The position numbers and the translations under genes were made by a program. A stretch of 64,000 nt of DNA from Marivita sp. GTDB lineage: Bacteria > Pseudomonadota > Alphaproteobacteria > Rhodobacterales > Rhodobacteraceae. The notes under the pieces are model-generated. The model was not told where the DNA came from. It made no database searches and was given only the letters and a program-made list of their open reading frames with translations. This document shows positions 27,473 to 38,688 of this stretch, one piece after another. Every line of letters begins with the position of its first letter. Position 1 is the stretch's first letter. The DNA lies in NCBI RefSeq assembly GCF_022763305.1, contig NZ_JALEGT010000093.1, forward strand, positions 461 through 64,460. Reading direction: 5' to 3'.

Positions 27473-29404
27473 TCAGTCCCTCGCCGCAAACATCGGCCCG
27501 CCTTTCCAGCGCGGGAAGCTGTAGCCGTTGACCATGACCACGTCGATGTCATCGGCGGATCGGGCGATGCCTTCAGCTAGCACTGCCTCCGCTTCGCGTG
27601 TCATCGCGCCCAGAATACGGGGCATCACATCTGCATCGGCAAAGTCGCCACCCGCCGCCCCCAGCGCCTGACGCTCCTCGGCAATGATGGACAGCACCAC
27701 CTTAGACGGCTGAGCGCCCGCATCGGAATAATCGTACCATCCGGCTCCCGTCTTGCGCCCGAACCGCCCCATCTCGCACAGTCGGTCGGCAATCCTGATA
27801 TAGGCCCCAGTGATCTTGCCCTCGGCCAGCCGCCGCTTGCGCATGGCCCACGCGATGTCGAGGCCCGCCATGTCCTGCATCTCGAACACGCCGATCGGAA
27901 AGCCATAATCCCGCATGGCCGCATCCACCTGTGAAGGCGTGGCCCCGTCGATCAAGAGCCGATCCGCCTCGGCCCTGTAGGCCGACATGATGCGGTTGCC
28001 GATGAAGCCGTCGCAGACACCGGACAGGACTCCGATCTTGGCCAGCGATTTGGACAACTTCGCCGCCGTGGCAATCACATCCTCTGACACCGCGTCGGGC
28101 AGAACGATCTCCAAGAGCTTCATGATATGCGCCGGGGAAAAGAAATGCAGACCGATGGCACGCGACGGGTCGGAGAGGACCGCTGCGATGGCGTTCACGT
28201 CGAGATAGGAGGTGTTGGTCGCCAGAATCGCATCCGGTCTGGTGACTGCATCCAGTTGCACAAAGACCTGTTTCTTGACGTCCATGTCCTCGAAAACCGC
28301 TTCGATCACCAGATCCGCATTGGCCAGCGCGGCGTAATCGGTTGCGGTCTCGAACCGCGCGACGACGGCGTCCAGATCAGGCAGAAGGCCCCGCTTGGCG
28401 CTGCTGTCAAGTGTTCCGCGAACACGGTTGGCCCCAGCCTCAAGGCTGGTCTCGTCGCGTTCGATCAGCGTCACATGGAACCCGCGCATCAGGCAGGCCG
28501 ACGCAATGCCCGCCCCCATTGTGCCGCCCCCGATCACACCGATCCGGGTGACCGGGCGCGGGGTCTGTTTCGCTCTCGGGTCGGCCAGGGTGGCGCGTTC
28601 GGCAAAGAAGATGTGCCGCAAGGCACGGGCCTGATCGCTGGATTTCAAGGCGAGGAAGGTTGCGCGTTCTTCGGCCAATGCCGCGTCTGCGGGCAAGCGC
28701 AGGCCGCGCTCCACCGCGTCGATGGCCGCGCCAATCGACACCTGCCCACGTGCTTTGCGCCGCAGGTCCGACGCCGACTTGGCGAACGCCTCCGCGTTGG
28801 CCGCTCCAATAACCGTCTTTTCAAGTGTGCGACGAGGCGCGCCCAGTTTCGCGGCCAAGGCCACGGCCTTTTCCAACAGATCGCCTGTGGCAATCGCGTC
28901 GATGAGACCGGCTTCCAGCGCCGCCTCGGCCGAGATCGGCTTGCCCCCCGCGATCATCGTCAGCGCCAGTTCCGCCTCCACCAGACGCGGCAACCGGACC
29001 GTGCCCCCCGCACCCGGCACAAGACCAAGGGTCACTTCGGGCAACCCCATGCGCGCCGTGGCGTCCGCAATCCGCGCATGACACCCCATCGCCAGTTCCA
29101 ACCCGCCGCCCAAAGCGGTGCCGTGGATCGCCGCGACCCAGGGTTTTGAGGCTGCCTCGATGGCGGAGATGACGTCCGGCAGATGCGGCTCGACCGGCGG
29201 CAGGTCGAACTCGCGCACGTCGGCCCCGGCGACAAAGGTACGCCCGGCGCAGGCGAGAACAACCGCGTCAACGCTTGGGTCAGCCTCGGTCTCCGCCACG
29301 GCCTGCAATAACCCCGCTCGCACCGCCTGTGACGACGCATTGACCGGGGGATTGTCGATGGTGACGACCGCCACGCGGCCTTGTTTGGCTATCGAAACGG
29401 TCAT
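27473..29404 (-). CDS. Enoyl-CoA hydratase / 3-hydroxyacyl-CoA dehydrogenase fusion (FadB/PimF-like)
   Basis: IDNPPVNA, AGAD, GGGLELA, LPEV; GGGTMGAGI, EAVFED, TNTSYL, GLHFFSPA, GFIGNR, GRKTGAGWY. Confidence 0.92.
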   Translation of the reverse strand: MTVSIAKQGRVAVVTIDNPPVNASSQAVRAGLLQAVAETEADPSVDAVVLACAGRTFVAGADVREFDLPPVEPHLPDVISAIEAASKPWVAAIHGTALGGGLELAMGCHARIADATARMGLPEVTLGLVPGAGGTVRLPRLVEAELALTMIAGGKPISAEAALEAGLIDAIATGDLLEKAVALAAKLGAPRRTLEKTVIGAANAEAFAKSASDLRRKARGQVSIGAAIDAVERGLRLPADAALAEERATFLALKSSDQARALRHIFFAERATLADPRAKQTPRPVTRIGVIGGGTMGAGIASACLMRGFHVTLIERDETSLEAGANRVRGTLDSSAKRGLLPDLDAVVARFETATDYAALANADLVIEAVFEDMDVKKQVFVQLDAVTRPDAILATNTSYLDVNAIAAVLSDPSRAIGLHFFSPAHIMKLLEIVLPDAVSEDVIATAAKLSKSLAKIGVLSGVCDGFIGNRIMSAYRAEADRLLIDGATPSQVDAAMRDYGFPIGVFEMQDMAGLDIAWAMRKRRLAEGKITGAYIRIADRLCEMGRFGRKTGAGWYDYSDAGAQPSKVVLSIIAEERQALGAAGGDFADADVMPRILGAMTREAEAVLAEGIARSADDIDVVMVNGYSFPRWKGGPMFAARD

Positions 29405-29498
29405 CGCTCTTGGCCTCTTTGGTCTTGGAGAGTTGGCGCATTTGTCGGGGCGCGGGTGCGGAATGGCAAGTGTCTCCTGCCATCGGATCGCGGCATCG

Positions 29499-29538
29499 CA
29501 TTTATTTCAAGTTTAAAATTTCAAACTTGAAATAAATG
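29499..29538. promoter_or_regulatory. Perfect 16-bp inverted repeat, probable MarR operator pair
   Basis: CATTTATTTCAAGTTT-aaaatttc-AAACTTGAAATAAATG in the divergent intergenic region; overlaps a TTGAAA -35-like hexamer. Confidence 0.75.
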
Positions 29539-29586
29539 GGCGACTCGGGCAGCCTTCCCCTCAAGCTGCTACAGAAAGAGGTCGAG

Positions 29587-31881
29587 ATGCGGGTTGCATG
29601 TCTGGGGGGCGGTCCGGCGGGGCTTTACTTCGCGATCTCGATGAAGCTGCGCGATCCGTCGCACGAGATCACCGTGATCGAACGCAACAAGCCCGATGAT
29701 ACGTTTGGCTGGGGCGTCGTGCTGTCGGACGAAACGCTCGACAATCTCGCCGCCAATGACCCCAAAAGCGCCGAGGCGATCCGCGCCCACTTCGCGTACT
29801 GGGACGACATCGCCCTGCACTATCGCGGCGAACGGCTTGTGTCCTCCGGTCACGGGTTCTGCGGCATCGGGCGCAAGCAACTCTTGATCCTTCTGCAGGC
29901 GCGGGCGCGGGAACTGGGTGTCGACCTGCGGTTCGAGACCGAAATCGCCAGCGCTGACGATTACCGTAAGGACTACGACCTTGTGGTGGCGAGCGATGGT
30001 CTCAATTCCAAGACCCGCACGCTTTATGCCGACAGTTTCAAACCGGACATCGACCTGCGCCATTGCCAGTTTGTCTGGTTGGGTACTCATCAGCGGTTCG
30101 ACGACGCGTTTACCTTCATTTTCGAGGAAACCGACAAGGGCTGGGTCTGGGCGCATGCCTACCAGTTCGACGACAACACCGCGACCTTCATCGTGGAATG
30201 CACGCAAGAGACCTTTGACGCCTTCGGGTTCGCCGACATGACCCAGGACGAAAGCATCGCGACCTGCGAGGAGATCTTCAAGGACCACCTTGGCGGCCAC
30301 ACCCTGATGACCAATGCGCGACACATAAGGGGATCGGCCTGGATCCGCTTCCCCCGCGTGCTGTGCGAAACCTGGAGCCATGAGAACGTCGTCCTGCTGG
30401 GCGATGCCGCCGCGACCGCGCATTTCTCGATCGGGTCGGGCACCAAACTGGCGCTGGAATCCGCGATTGCATTGGCCGAGTACCTGCACACTGAGCCGGA
30501 TTTGGGCCGAGCCTTCCAGCGCTACGAAGACGAACGTCGCCTCGAAGTGCTGCGCCTGCAATCGGCGGCGCGCAATTCGATGGAGTGGTTCGAAACGGTC
30601 GAGCGGTATCTCGGCCTCGATCCGGTGCAGCTCAATTACTCGATGCTCACCCGCAGCCAGCGCATCAGTCACGAAAACCTTCGCGCGCGCGACAAGGCGT
30701 GGCTTGAAGGTGCGGAACGCTGGTTCATGACGCAAGCCGGTTTGCCCGAGACAGCACCTTTGCGGGCGCCGATGTTTACGCCTTTTCGGCTACGAGACAT
30801 GACGCTGAAGAACCGCATCGTGGTCTCGCCCATGGCGCAGTACATGGCAGAGGATGGCTGCCCGACGGACTGGCACCTTGTCCATTACGGCGAACGTGCC
30901 AAAGGGGGCGCGGGGCTGGTCTTCACCGAAATGACCTGCGTGTCGCCCGAGGGGCGGATCACCCCCGGCTGTCCGGGGCTTTACGCACCCGAACACGAGG
31001 CAGCCTGGGCGCGGCTGACCAAATTAGTACACGGCGTTACGGATGCGAAGATCTGCTGCCAGATCGGCCATTCCGGACGCAAAGGATCGACCCAACTGGG
31101 ATGGGAACGGATGGACGCCCCGCTGCCCACTGACAACTGGGACTTGGTCAGCGCCTCGGCCATGCCGTGGTCGGACGACAACGCCACCCCGCGCGAAATC
31201 AGACGGGCAGAGATGGATGAGATCACCGCGCAATTCGCGGCGGCGGCCGAAATGGCGGACCGGGCCGGGTTCGACATGATCGAACTGCACGCGGCACACG
31301 GGTACCTTCTGTCGTCTTTCATCTCGCCCGCCTCGAATATCCGTACAGATGAGTACGGCGGCAGTCTTGAGAACCGTCTACGTTACCCGCTTGAGGTGTT
31401 CGCCGCGATGCGCGCGGTCTGGCCGGAAGGCAAACCGATGTCGGTGCGTATTTCGGCGACCGACTGGCTGGACGAGGATGGCGTGACGCCGGACGAGGCT
31501 GTGCTGATCGCCAAGGCCTTTGCCGATGCCGGGGCCGATTTGATCGACGTTTCCGCAGGCCAAACCTCGACCAAGGCCAAGCCGGTCTATGGAAGGATGT
31601 TCCAGACCCCGTTCTCGGACCGCATCCGCAACGAGGCGGGGCTGTGCACCATGGCGGTGGGGAATATCTACGAAGCCGATCATGCCAATTCGATCCTGAT
31701 GGCCGGGCGCGCCGATCTGGTGGCGGTGGGGCGTCCGCATCTGGCCGATCCCTATTGGACCCTGCACGAAGCAACCAAGCTTGGCGACCGCGCGGCTCAG
31801 GACTGGCCTTTGCCCTATCTCGCCGGGCGCGATCAGGCGTGGCGGCTGGCCGAGCGCGAGGCCGAGGCGGTGCGGGCATGA
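29587..31881 (+). CDS. abmA: Anthraniloyl-CoA monooxygenase/reductase (bifunctional salicylyl-CoA 5-hydroxylase/oxidoreductase family)
   Basis: [38 protein letters not shown] domain fused to an OYE domain ([29 protein letters not shown]). Confidence 0.88.
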   Translation: MRVACLGGGPAGLYFAISMKLRDPSHEITVIERNKPDDTFGWGVVLSDETLDNLAANDPKSAEAIRAHFAYWDDIALHYRGERLVSSGHGFCGIGRKQLLILLQARARELGVDLRFETEIASADDYRKDYDLVVASDGLNSKTRTLYADSFKPDIDLRHCQFVWLGTHQRFDDAFTFIFEETDKGWVWAHAYQFDDNTATFIVECTQETFDAFGFADMTQDESIATCEEIFKDHLGGHTLMTNARHIRGSAWIRFPRVLCETWSHENVVLLGDAAATAHFSIGSGTKLALESAIALAEYLHTEPDLGRAFQRYEDERRLEVLRLQSAARNSMEWFETVERYLGLDPVQLNYSMLTRSQRISHENLRARDKAWLEGAERWFMTQAGLPETAPLRAPMFTPFRLRDMTLKNRIVVSPMAQYMAEDGCPTDWHLVHYGERAKGGAGLVFTEMTCVSPEGRITPGCPGLYAPEHEAAWARLTKLVHGVTDAKICCQIGHSGRKGSTQLGWERMDAPLPTDNWDLVSASAMPWSDDNATPREIRRAEMDEITAQFAAAAEMADRAGFDMIELHAAHGYLLSSFISPASNIRTDEYGGSLENRLRYPLEVFAAMRAVWPEGKPMSVRISATDWLDEDGVTPDEAVLIAKAFADAGADLIDVSAGQTSTKAKPVYGRMFQTPFSDRIRNEAGLCTMAVGNIYEADHANSILMAGRADLVAVGRPHLADPYWTLHEATKLGDRAAQDWPLPYLAGRDQAWRLAEREAEAVRA

Positions 31882-32597
31882 GGCGGGTTCTGGTCACCGG
31901 TGGCGGAACGGGGATAGGTCGGGCGATTGCACATGCCTTTGCCGACCATGGCGATGCAGTGACCATCGCGAGCCGCCGGATGGAGCCATTGCAAAAGACC
32001 GCCGAGGGGCGCGATATCACCTGCCGTCAGGCAGACGTGACCTCTGAGGCGGACATCGCGGCCCTGTTCGACACACCGTTCGACGTGGTCATCGCAAATG
32101 CGGGCTGGGGGGCGTCCGGCAAGGTGGCGAAGCTGTCGCTGGACGACTGGAACGCCACGCTTGCCGTCAACCTCACCGGCACGTTCCTAACCTTCCGCGA
32201 GGCATTGCGGACGGGACCGGCGGATGCGCGCCTGATTGCCATCGCCTCAACCGCGTCCTTGCAGGGCAACGCCTCTGTCCCGGCCTACTCCGCGGCCAAG
32301 CACGGGGTGCTGGGGCTCGTGCGCTCTATCGCGCTGGACGTGGCGAAATCCGGCGGCACCTGCAACGCGATCTGTCCGGGCTTCACCGATACCGATCTGG
32401 CGGAAGGGGCCATCAGCGGGCTGATGCAGCGGTTCGATTTGGACCGGGAGGCCGCGACCGCAAAGGTCGCCGCAGGCAATCCGCAGGGACGGTTGATCAC
32501 CCCGTCCGAGATTGCGGGAACGGCGCTTTTCCTCGCCTCGCCTGCCGCTGCGGGGATCAACGGACATGCTTTGTCAGTTTCAGGGGGCGAGGTATGA
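31878..32597 (+). CDS. Short-chain dehydrogenase (AbmB-like)
   Basis: [30 protein letters not shown] overlap with the upstream gene. Confidence 0.9.
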   Translation: MRRVLVTGGGTGIGRAIAHAFADHGDAVTIASRRMEPLQKTAEGRDITCRQADVTSEADIAALFDTPFDVVIANAGWGASGKVAKLSLDDWNATLAVNLTGTFLTFREALRTGPADARLIAIASTASLQGNASVPAYSAAKHGVLGLVRSIALDVAKSGGTCNAICPGFTDTDLAEGAISGLMQRFDLDREAATAKVAAGNPQGRLITPSEIAGTALFLASPAAAGINGHALSVSGGEV

Positions 32598-33070
32598 AAC
32601 CCGAACATAACGTACAGGCCGAACCGATGTCTAAGGCGCGCCTGCGCCTGTGGTTGCAACTTCTGAAACTGTCCTCGGGCATCGAAGGCGAATTGCGCCG
32701 CCGGTTGCGCGACAGGCATGACACCACCCTGCCCCGGTTCGACGTGATGGCCGCCCTTGCACGCCACAAAGACGGGCTGAAGATGAGCGACCTGTCCCGC
32801 TACCTCAAAGTGTCGAATGGGAATGTGACAGGCATCGTCGACCGTCTGGTCGAAGAAGGGCTGGCGCTGCGTGTGGCCGTGCCCGGCGACCGCCGTGCCA
32901 ATCTGGCCCGGTTGACCCCCAAGGGCGAGGCTGCGTTTGCCGACCTCGCCGCACAGCACGAGGCGTGGATTGACGAGTTGCTCGCACCGCTTTCGGACAC
33001 CGACACCCAGACACTGATGGGCCTGCTCAAAAAGGCCATGACGCAGGAGGCCAGAAATGGATCTGAGTAA
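32594..33070 (+). CDS. MarR family regulator of the abm-type cluster
   Basis: [43 protein letters not shown]. Confidence 0.92.
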   Translation: MKPEHNVQAEPMSKARLRLWLQLLKLSSGIEGELRRRLRDRHDTTLPRFDVMAALARHKDGLKMSDLSRYLKVSNGNVTGIVDRLVEEGLALRVAVPGDRRANLARLTPKGEAAFADLAAQHEAWIDELLAPLSDTDTQTLMGLLKKAMTQEARNGSE

Positions 33071-33860
33071 GCCGCAGCATTTCCGCTGCGAAATCGCAGG
33101 CGGTATCGCACGCATCGCGCATGACCGGCCCGAGCGGAAAAATCCCTTTACCTTCGAGAGTTACGCCGAATTGCGCGACTGGTTCCGGGCGCTGGTCTAT
33201 TCCGATGACATTCATGCCGTGGTGATCCTGCCCAATGGTCGCAACTTTTCCTCGGGCGGCGATGTGCATGACATCATCGGGCCCCTGACGCGCATGAGCA
33301 TGAAAGACCTGCTGACCTTCACGCGGATGACCGGCGATCTGGTCAAGGCGATGATCGGCTGCGGCAAGCCGGTGATTGCGGCTGTCGATGGCGTATGCGC
33401 GGGCGCCGGGGCGATCATGGCGATGGCCTCGGACCTGCGGCTGGCCGCGCCCGAGGCCAAGACCGCGTTCCTGTTCAATCGTGTGGGGCTTGCGGGCTGC
33501 GACATGGGTGCCTGCGCCATCCTGCCCCGGATCATCGGACAGGGCCGCGCGGCGGACCTGCTTTATACCGGGCGCGCGATGAGCGCCGCCGAGGGTGAGG
33601 CCTGGGGGTTCTTCAACCGCGTGGTGGAGGCTGACGCATTGGAGGCCGAGGCGATCAAGCTGGCCGAACGCATCGTGGCAGGTCCGACCTTCGCCAATTC
33701 CATGACCAAGACGATGCTGGCGCAGGAATGGTCGATGAGCCTTGAGCAGGCCATCGAAGCCGAGGCTCAGGCGCAGGCGATCTGCATGCAGGGCAACGAC
33801 TTCCGCCGCGCCTACGAGGCGTTCGTCGCCAAGGAAAAACCGGTGTTCGAGGGCAATTGA
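33057..33860 (+). CDS. Enoyl-CoA hydratase family protein (AbmC-like)
   Basis: [48 protein letters not shown]. Confidence 0.9.
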   Translation: MDLSKPQHFRCEIAGGIARIAHDRPERKNPFTFESYAELRDWFRALVYSDDIHAVVILPNGRNFSSGGDVHDIIGPLTRMSMKDLLTFTRMTGDLVKAMIGCGKPVIAAVDGVCAGAGAIMAMASDLRLAAPEAKTAFLFNRVGLAGCDMGACAILPRIIGQGRAADLLYTGRAMSAAEGEAWGFFNRVVEADALEAEAIKLAERIVAGPTFANSMTKTMLAQEWSMSLEQAIEAEAQAQAICMQGNDFRRAYEAFVAKEKPVFEGN

Positions 33861-35011
33861 TGGCAGATCAAAGCTACCTCCACTGGCCGTTTTTCGACCC
33901 TGCGCACCGGGATTGGGCGGCGCGTGTCGACGAGGTGGCGCAGGGGTTGGAGATTGACCACGGCGACACGGATGCGGCGTGCCGGGCGCTTGTCGCTCAA
34001 TTGGGTGCGGCGGGTCTTTTGCAACCTACCTCAAGCAACGACGGACGGTTCGACCTGCGCACGCTCTGCCTCGCGCGGGAAACTCTGGCGCGGCACGACG
34101 GGCTGGCCGATTTTGCCTTTGCCATGCAAGGGCTGGGCACCGGGGCGATTACGCTGTTTGGCACCGAGGCGCAGAAAGCCACTTGGCTGCCGAAAACCCG
34201 CGCGGGTGAGGCGATTGCCGCCTTTGCGCTGACCGAACCGGGGTCGGGATCGGATGTGGCCAACTCCACCATGACGGCCACGCGCGATGGCGACAGCTAC
34301 GTGCTGAATGGCGAAAAGACGTGGATTTCAAATGGCGGCATCGCGGATCTCTACACGCTCTTTGCCCGCACCGGAGAGGCTCCGGGGGCCAAGGGCCTGT
34401 CGGCGTTCATCATCACCCCCGGCCTGCCGGGGTTCGAGATTGCCGAACGGCTCGACACCATCGCGCCGCATCCGCTGGCCACGTTGCGCTTTACCGACTG
34501 CCGCATCCCGGCCAGCGCGTTGCTGGGTGAAACCGGTCAGGGGTTCAAGGTCGCCATGTCGGTGCTGGACGTCTTCCGCGCCACTGTAGCGGCCGCTGCA
34601 CTTGGCTTTGCCCGCCGCGCCATGGACGAAGCTTTGGCGCGGGTCACGACACGGCAGATCGCCGGATCGCCTCTGGCCGACTTGCAGATGGTCCAAGGCC
34701 ATATCGCGGAGATGGCCGTCGATGTCGATGCCAGCGCCCTGCTTGTCTACCGGGCCGCATGGACCCGTGACAGCGGTGCGCCACGCATCACCCGCGAGGC
34801 AGCGATGGCCAAGCTGTTTGCCACCGATCAGGCGCAACAGGTCATCGACACCGCAGTTCAGCTTTTCGGCGGTGACGGCGTGCGGTCGGGCACGGCTGTC
34901 GAAACGCTCTACCGCGAGATCCGCGCGCTGCGCATCTACGAAGGCGCGTCGGATGTTCAGAAAGTCATCATCGCCCGTCAGACCCTTGCCGCCTTCGAAG
35001 GAGGAACGTGA
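33860..35011 (+). CDS. Acyl-CoA dehydrogenase (AbmD-like)
   Basis: [45 protein letters not shown]. Confidence 0.92.
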   Translation: MADQSYLHWPFFDPAHRDWAARVDEVAQGLEIDHGDTDAACRALVAQLGAAGLLQPTSSNDGRFDLRTLCLARETLARHDGLADFAFAMQGLGTGAITLFGTEAQKATWLPKTRAGEAIAAFALTEPGSGSDVANSTMTATRDGDSYVLNGEKTWISNGGIADLYTLFARTGEAPGAKGLSAFIITPGLPGFEIAERLDTIAPHPLATLRFTDCRIPASALLGETGQGFKVAMSVLDVFRATVAAAALGFARRAMDEALARVTTRQIAGSPLADLQMVQGHIAEMAVDVDASALLVYRAAWTRDSGAPRITREAAMAKLFATDQAQQVIDTAVQLFGGDGVRSGTAVETLYREIRALRIYEGASDVQKVIIARQTLAAFEGGT

Positions 35012-36627
35012 TGCTCGGACCCTCTGCCCATGTCGACACATTCGCCCGCGACAACCTTCCGCCGCCTGACCTTTGGCCCGAGTTCAATCTGGCGGGGTTC
35101 GATTATCCCGAACGGCTGAACGCCGGGTGGGAATTGACCGACGGCATGGTCGAGAAGGGTTTTGGCGACCACACCGCGCTGATCGGCAACGGGCGGCTGC
35201 GCACCTACAAGGAGCTGAGCGACTGGACCAACCGGCTGGCGCATGTGCTGGTCGAGGATCTGGGCGTGAAACCGGGCAACCGCGTGCTGATCCGGTCCGC
35301 CAACAACCCGGCGATGGTGGCCTGTTGGCTGGCAGCGACCAAGGTGGGTGCGGTGGTGGTCAACACGATGCCGATGCTGCGCGCGGCCGAGTTGCGGACC
35401 TATGTGGAACTGGCCGAGATCACCCATGCGCTGTGCGACACACGGCTGATGGATGAGATGGTGGCCTGCGCCAAGGACAGCGCAACGTTGACATCGGTGG
35501 TCGGCTTCGATGGCACCTCCAACCACGACGCAGAACTGGACCGGTTGGCGCTGGAAAAGCCTGTGCGCTTCACTTGCGTGCCCACGGGGCGGGACGACGT
35601 GGCGCTGCTGGGGTTCACCTCGGGGTCAACCGGGGTGCCTAAGGCGACGATGCACTTCCACCGGGACCTGATGATCATCGCCGATGGCTATGCGCGCGAG
35701 GTCTTGGGCGTCACACCGGACGACGTATTCGTCGGCTCGCCCCCGCTGGCCTTCACCTTCGGGCTGGGCGGGCTGGCGATCTTTCCGCTGCGGTTCGGCG
35801 CGGCAGCCACGCTGCTCGAACAGGCGACGCCGCCGAACATGATCGAGATCATCGAGAAATACAAAGCCACGGTCTGTTTCACCGCCCCCACCGCGTACCG
35901 CGTGATGCTGCGCGCGATGGAGGACGGGGCCGACCTGTCGTCCCTGCGGGCTGCCGTTTCGGCGGGCGAAACCCTGCCCGGACCGGTCTATGACGAGTGG
36001 ATCGCCAAGACAGGCAAAGCCATGCTCGACGGGATCGGCGCGACGGAACTCCTGCACATCTTCATTTCCAACCGTTTCGACGATCACAAGCCCGCCTGCA
36101 CCGGCAAACCTGTGACAGGCTACGAGGCCAAGGTCATCAATGACGCGGGTGAGGTGGTGCCGGATGGTGAGGTCGGGCGGCTGGCGGTGCGTGGTCCGAC
36201 CGGGTGTCGCTATCTCAAGGGGGATCGTCAGAGCGCCTATGTGCAGGACGGCTGGAACATCACCGGCGACAGCTTCTGGCGGGACGAAGACGGCTATTTC
36301 CACTTCGCCGCGCGCAATGACGACATGATCGTGAGTTCCGGCTACAACATCGCCGGACCCGAGGTCGAAGCGGCCTTGCTGGCCCACCCTGCCGTGGCCG
36401 AATGTGCGGTGATCGGCGCACCGGACGAGGAACGCGGACATATCGTTCAGGCCCATGTGGTCTTGGCGGACGGCCACAGCGGGGATGGCGATATGGTCAA
36501 AGCCTTGCAGGACCATGTGAAGGCAACCATCGCGCCGTACAAGTACCCACGCTCAGTCGTGTTCACCGACAGCCTGCCCAAGACCGCAACCGGCAAGATC
36601 CAGCGTTTCAGATTGAAAGACCAATGA
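35011..36627 (+). CDS. 2-aminobenzoate/benzoate-CoA ligase (AbmG-like)
   Basis: SAHVDTFARDNLPP, FTSGSTGVPK, SPPLAFTFGLG, GIGATE, SGYNIAGPEVE, YKYPR, PKTATGKIQR. Confidence 0.9.
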   Translation: MLGPSAHVDTFARDNLPPPDLWPEFNLAGFDYPERLNAGWELTDGMVEKGFGDHTALIGNGRLRTYKELSDWTNRLAHVLVEDLGVKPGNRVLIRSANNPAMVACWLAATKVGAVVVNTMPMLRAAELRTYVELAEITHALCDTRLMDEMVACAKDSATLTSVVGFDGTSNHDAELDRLALEKPVRFTCVPTGRDDVALLGFTSGSTGVPKATMHFHRDLMIIADGYAREVLGVTPDDVFVGSPPLAFTFGLGGLAIFPLRFGAAATLLEQATPPNMIEIIEKYKATVCFTAPTAYRVMLRAMEDGADLSSLRAAVSAGETLPGPVYDEWIAKTGKAMLDGIGATELLHIFISNRFDDHKPACTGKPVTGYEAKVINDAGEVVPDGEVGRLAVRGPTGCRYLKGDRQSAYVQDGWNITGDSFWRDEDGYFHFAARNDDMIVSSGYNIAGPEVEAALLAHPAVAECAVIGAPDEERGHIVQAHVVLADGHSGDGDMVKALQDHVKATIAPYKYPRSVVFTDSLPKTATGKIQRFRLKDQ

Positions 36628-37043
36628 CAGAGCCCGTCTTTGCCAAGGACCAGAAGGTTCTCTTTCGCCATTGCGACCCGGCGGGGATCGTCTTTTTCCC
36701 GCGCTATTTCGAGATGATGAACGATCTCGTCGAAGCCTTCTTCGACGAAGCTCTCGACTACCCGTTCGAGCAAATCCTCAAGACCGAGGGCATCCCCACA
36801 GCCCAGATCGAAACGCGGTTCGTGCGGCCCAGCCATCACGGCGACCACCTCCGGCTGTCGCTTTGGGTGCTGCGGCTGGGCAATGCGTCCCTGACCTACC
36901 GCATGACAGCAACCTGTGGCGGCGAGGTCCGCTTCGAGACCCGCGCGACGCTGGTGCATGTCGACAACACAGGCCGGCCAAGCCCGTGGCCCGAGGTGCT
37001 CGTCCCCCTTCTCAAAAGCAAAGAGGTCCCAGATGACGCATAA
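36624..37043 (+). CDS. 4-hydroxybenzoyl-CoA-type thioesterase
   Basis: FRHCDPAGIVFFPRYFEM hotdog-fold motif. Confidence 0.9.
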   Translation: MTEPVFAKDQKVLFRHCDPAGIVFFPRYFEMMNDLVEAFFDEALDYPFEQILKTEGIPTAQIETRFVRPSHHGDHLRLSLWVLRLGNASLTYRMTATCGGEVRFETRATLVHVDNTGRPSPWPEVLVPLLKSKEVPDDA

Positions 37044-37428
37044 GACCATCCAACCCGAGGGCTGGTTGCCCGCCAAGGGCTATGCCAACGGGATGCTGAC
37101 CAAGGACGGGGTGCTGCATATCGGCGGGCAGATCGGCTGGGATGCCGACAAGGTATTTGTGGCTTCGGATTTCATCGGCCAGATGCGGCAGGCCCTGTCC
37201 AACATCCGTGCGATTGTCGAGGCGGCGGGCGGTACGGTGGAGGATGTCACCCGCCTGACATGGTACGTGACGGACAAGGCCGAATATCTGGCGCATCAGG
37301 CTGAAGTCGGTGCCGCCTATCGCGAGGTGTTCGGAAAGCACTTCCCTGCGATGTCGATGGTGGTTGTCAGCGCGCTGATCGAAGACGAGGCCAAGGTCGA
37401 GATCGAGGCCACCGCGCATCTGGGCTGA
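37033..37428 (+). CDS. RidA/YjgF family enamine deaminase
   Basis: GYANG, GGQIGW, FGKHFPAMS, KVEIEATA. Confidence 0.9.
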   Translation: MTHKTIQPEGWLPAKGYANGMLTKDGVLHIGGQIGWDADKVFVASDFIGQMRQALSNIRAIVEAAGGTVEDVTRLTWYVTDKAEYLAHQAEVGAAYREVFGKHFPAMSMVVVSALIEDEAKVEIEATAHLG

Positions 37429-37434
37429 CGGGTC

Positions 37435-38685
37435 TCAGCCTCGCGCGGGCAGCACCTTGCCGACACAGGACCCGAACCCGATGCGGTAGCCGTCGCCTTG
37501 CGCATGACCGCGCAGCGAAAGCGTATCGCCATCCTCGACAAAAGTCCGCGTTTCGCCCGTGTCCAGCGTGATCGGCTTTTTTCCGCCCCAGCTCAGCTCC
37601 AGCAATGCGCCGCGACTGTGCCTCTCCGGCCCCGAGATCGTGCCTGACCCAAGCAGATCGCCCACCCGCATCGGACAGCCGGAACTGGTGTGATGGGCCA
37701 GTTGCTGGGCGGCGGAATAGTACATTTCACGGTAGTTGGTGCGCGCGATCACGGTTTCTGTTCCCGCTTCCGGTGTCAGCCCGACCTCGAGCGCGATGTC
37801 GTAGAGCATCGGACCGGGTTCCAACAGATAGTCCAGCAGCGGTTTTTCCCGCGCAGGTGTGCTGGTGCGGAAGGGCGCCAAGGCCTCGGCGGTCACGATC
37901 CACGGGCTGATGGTCGTGGCGGTGGCCTTGGACTGAAAGGGTCCGAGCGGCTGGTATTCCCACGCCTGAATGTCCCGCGCCGACCAGTCGTTCAGGATCA
38001 CGTATCCGAAGATGTTGTCAAACGCCTCGGCCACGGTGATCGGGCCGTCTGACGCCTGCCCCACGATTGCGCCCATTTCAAGCTCGATGTCGAACCGGGC
38101 GGAGGGCGCAAAGCGCGGTATGGCGTCGTCCGGTCCCTTTATCTGACCATGGGGCCGCGTGACCGGCGTGCCGGAGACCACAACCGAGGACGCGCGGCCA
38201 TTGTAGCCGATGGGGATGTGCAGCCAGTTCGGCGGCAGCGCGTGTTCCGCCCCCCGGAACATGGTGCCGACATTGGTCGCGTGGTGAAGGCTCGAGTAGA
38301 AATCGGTGTATTCACTCACGCGGAACGGCATGTGCAGCACCGCCTCGGCCATCGGGACGGAATGCGTGATGATCTGGTCCTGCACCGTCTCATCGGCGTC
38401 TTCGGCCAGCATGGCGGTCAGTTCGGCGCGGTAGCGGGACCACGCCGCGCGCCCCAACTCCATGAAATCGTTCCAATACGGCGCGTCCAGCACGTCCGCA
38501 TCGGGATCGGCGCGCAGAAGCCCTGCTGCTTCCAACCCGGTCGCATCGACGATCCGGTCACCGATCGCCACACCGCAGCGTAGATCACCATCACCCACCG
38601 AGAATACGCCATAGGGCAGATTGTTCAGCGGGAATTCGCCCTCAGGCGCGTTGGCGCTTTCCAGCCAGGACCTGCGCAAACCCAT
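37435..38685 (-). CDS. fahA: Fumarylacetoacetase
   Basis: FPLNNLPYGVF, YTDFYS, PIGYNGRASS, DIELEMG, NDWSARDIQAWEYQPLGPF, GSGTISG. Confidence 0.95.
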   Translation of the reverse strand: MGLRRSWLESANAPEGEFPLNNLPYGVFSVGDGDLRCGVAIGDRIVDATGLEAAGLLRADPDADVLDAPYWNDFMELGRAAWSRYRAELTAMLAEDADETVQDQIITHSVPMAEAVLHMPFRVSEYTDFYSSLHHATNVGTMFRGAEHALPPNWLHIPIGYNGRASSVVVSGTPVTRPHGQIKGPDDAIPRFAPSARFDIELEMGAIVGQASDGPITVAEAFDNIFGYVILNDWSARDIQAWEYQPLGPFQSKATATTISPWIVTAEALAPFRTSTPAREKPLLDYLLEPGPMLYDIALEVGLTPEAGTETVIARTNYREMYYSAAQQLAHHTSSGCPMRVGDLLGSGTISGPERHSRGALLELSWGGKKPITLDTGETRTFVEDGDTLSLRGHAQGDGYRIGFGSCVGKVLPARG

Positions 38686-38688
38686 CTG

